Positions 53,810-54,834 of a stretch of 54,834 nt of DNA are shown piece after piece. This DNA is from Candidatus Kaiserbacteria bacterium. Its GTDB lineage: Bacteria; Patescibacteriota; Minisyncoccia; Phycocordibacterales; UBA918. Location: the NCBI GenBank assembly GCA_031418275.1, contig JANOXF010000065.1:1-54834 (forward strand). Direction: 5' to 3'. Positions within the stretch are counted from its first letter, which is position 1. Each line of letters starts with the position of its first letter. Made by a program: the position numbers and the translations under genes. Under the pieces are notes generated by a model. That model searched no databases. It saw only the letters and a program-made list of their open reading frames with translations, and was not told where the DNA came from.

Positions 53810-54214
53810 ATGAACGTCAAAGCCCACACAGAATTTGAAGGATTCAAGAGTGCATACGTTAGAGACTTCTTTATCTACCCAAATGTGCTTGAAGAACACT
53901 GGTATCGACTTTCTGGTTCCGAGCAGAAAGTGTTGGACTTTATTCTAAGACAGACTATCGGCTTCCGAAAAGTGACAGACCGAATTGCATTAAGTCAGTT
54001 TGTGCACGGAATAGGCACACGAAATAAAGGTACTGGTTTATCAGTCTCCCAAGTACGAAGAGCAATCAAAGGACTGGAGAATAAAAAATTCATTGTAGTT
54101 CACAGATCCAAAGTACGTCCCAGTATATTCCATCTGGTGCTTGAGAAGCCATCGTATAACCCAGAATCACACGATTACGATTCAAAAGCTTTCGAAGCTT
54201 TCAGATGGCTATAA
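53810..54214 (+). CDS. phage replication protein O N-terminal-domain-like (winged helix) protein
   Basis: LSGSEQKVLDFILRQTIGFRKVTDRIALSQFVHGIGTRNKGTGLSVSQVRRAIKGLENKKFIV fits the RepO_N pattern. Confidence 0.5.
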   Translation: MNVKAHTEFEGFKSAYVRDFFIYPNVLEEHWYRLSGSEQKVLDFILRQTIGFRKVTDRIALSQFVHGIGTRNKGTGLSVSQVRRAIKGLENKKFIVVHRSKVRPSIFHLVLEKPSYNPESHDYDSKAFEAFRWL

Positions 54215-54426
54215 ACATCCTGGGTATTCATCTTGAACATCCGGTCAGTTCATTTTGAACAGTCTAGTGTGTTCATAATGAATACCACAATATACAAATC
54301 AATAAACAATCTACAAAATCCATTTTTTTCTGGAGAAAAAAATTCTGGAGAAAAAATTGAATACGTTCAGAACTTGTTAACAACAAATATGTACATCTCG
54401 AGTGCTCTGTATACGATTGGCAAAAT

Positions 54427-54630
54427 ATGGAACTACTTGTCAATCCAGAAGAATCGAACCAAGAGATACTATCACCACGTAAAAGAAATCAATTCATCAA
54501 AAGACTTCTAGAGGAGTGTGAGATGCCGACAGTCAACATCAGAACTTACGAAAACGAAGGGAGAATTATCACCAGACTCACTAATAAACAAAATGACAAC
54601 AGAACTAAACGGAAAAGGAGTAAAACTTAA
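54427..54630 (+). CDS. hypothetical small basic protein
   Basis: 67-aa ORF; no further support. Confidence 0.3.
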   Translation: MELLVNPEESNQEILSPRKRNQFIKRLLEECEMPTVNIRTYENEGRIITRLTNKQNDNRTKRKRSKT

Positions 54631-54834
54631 AACAGCAGCATACATAAGATATATGGACGAATTAGACGAAGAGATGGCTACGAGAGTAGGTTTCACTCAA
54701 AGTGGACTATTAAACTGGTGCAATGATGAGCATATGACCAGCTCTCGTGAACTAGTATTTGTAGATGACCACTGTTTCAGACATACTCACCCCTCTCAGC
54801 TACCAGCATTGAACAAGTTGGTTCAGGCCATTAG
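54593..54834 (+). CDS. hypothetical protein, 3' end beyond the window
   Basis: My own translation from ATG 54593 is open to the window end: MTTELNGKGVKLKTAAYIRYMDELDEEMATRVGFTQSGLLNWCNDEHMTSS... Confidence 0.4.
   Translation, partial: MTTELNGKGVKLKTAAYIRYMDELDEEMATRVGFTQSGLLNWCNDEHMTSSRELVFVDDHCFRHTHPSQLPALNKLVQAI

Larger units (their letters stand above)
49667..54834. mobile_element. AT-rich integrated element (left end in comM; right end beyond the window)
   Basis: Abrupt loss of comM homology, a visible drop in GC, a terminal repeat array, and cargo of RM genes plus a phage RepO-like gene. Confidence 0.7.

Overview
This 54.8-kb bacterial chromosomal window is dense with short genes. The housekeeping set includes RNase Y, HU, S15, an NYN protein, PNPase, the CCA-adding enzyme, exonuclease III, MsrB/MsrA, Bcp, CorA, XerC/D, an ABC-F ATPase and a YbbA/YbbP/TesA-like trio. 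There are also three ECF sigma/anti-sigma modules, many small secreted or membrane proteins, four tRNA genes without encoded CCA, and several promoters whose -10 box sits 6-9 nt from the ATG. This style suggests a small-genome Patescibacteria/CPR-like organism, but that is inference only. Three parts stand out. (1) The tRNA neighbourhoods at 6.6-8.2 kb and 14.0-17.8 kb contain two paralogous HTH plus LAGLIDADG-like genes, each ending just upstream of an intact tRNA. They also contain direct and inverted copies of tRNA 3' ends, a covarying two-hairpin module with an invariant 10-nt loop, and a YraN-family gene bracketed and penetrated in one codon phase by 14-bp palindromes (GTTYCAYRTGRAAC). 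I consider this the best candidate for an undescribed mobile or RNA-based system. (2) comM is frameshifted and truncated at its Walker B motif by an AT-rich island running from about 49.67 kb to the window end. The island edge carries an array of TGT-initiated ~23-bp repeats, and its cargo includes a C5-methyltransferase, a MutH/Sau3AI-like nuclease, an XRE controller and a phage RepO-like protein. (3) At the msrB-msrA junction the first ~40 nt of msrA are duplicated with mostly synonymous differences around a structured 100-nt spacer. I found no rRNA and no CRISPR array. All calls rest on reading the ORF translations and the sequence by eye; no searches were run.
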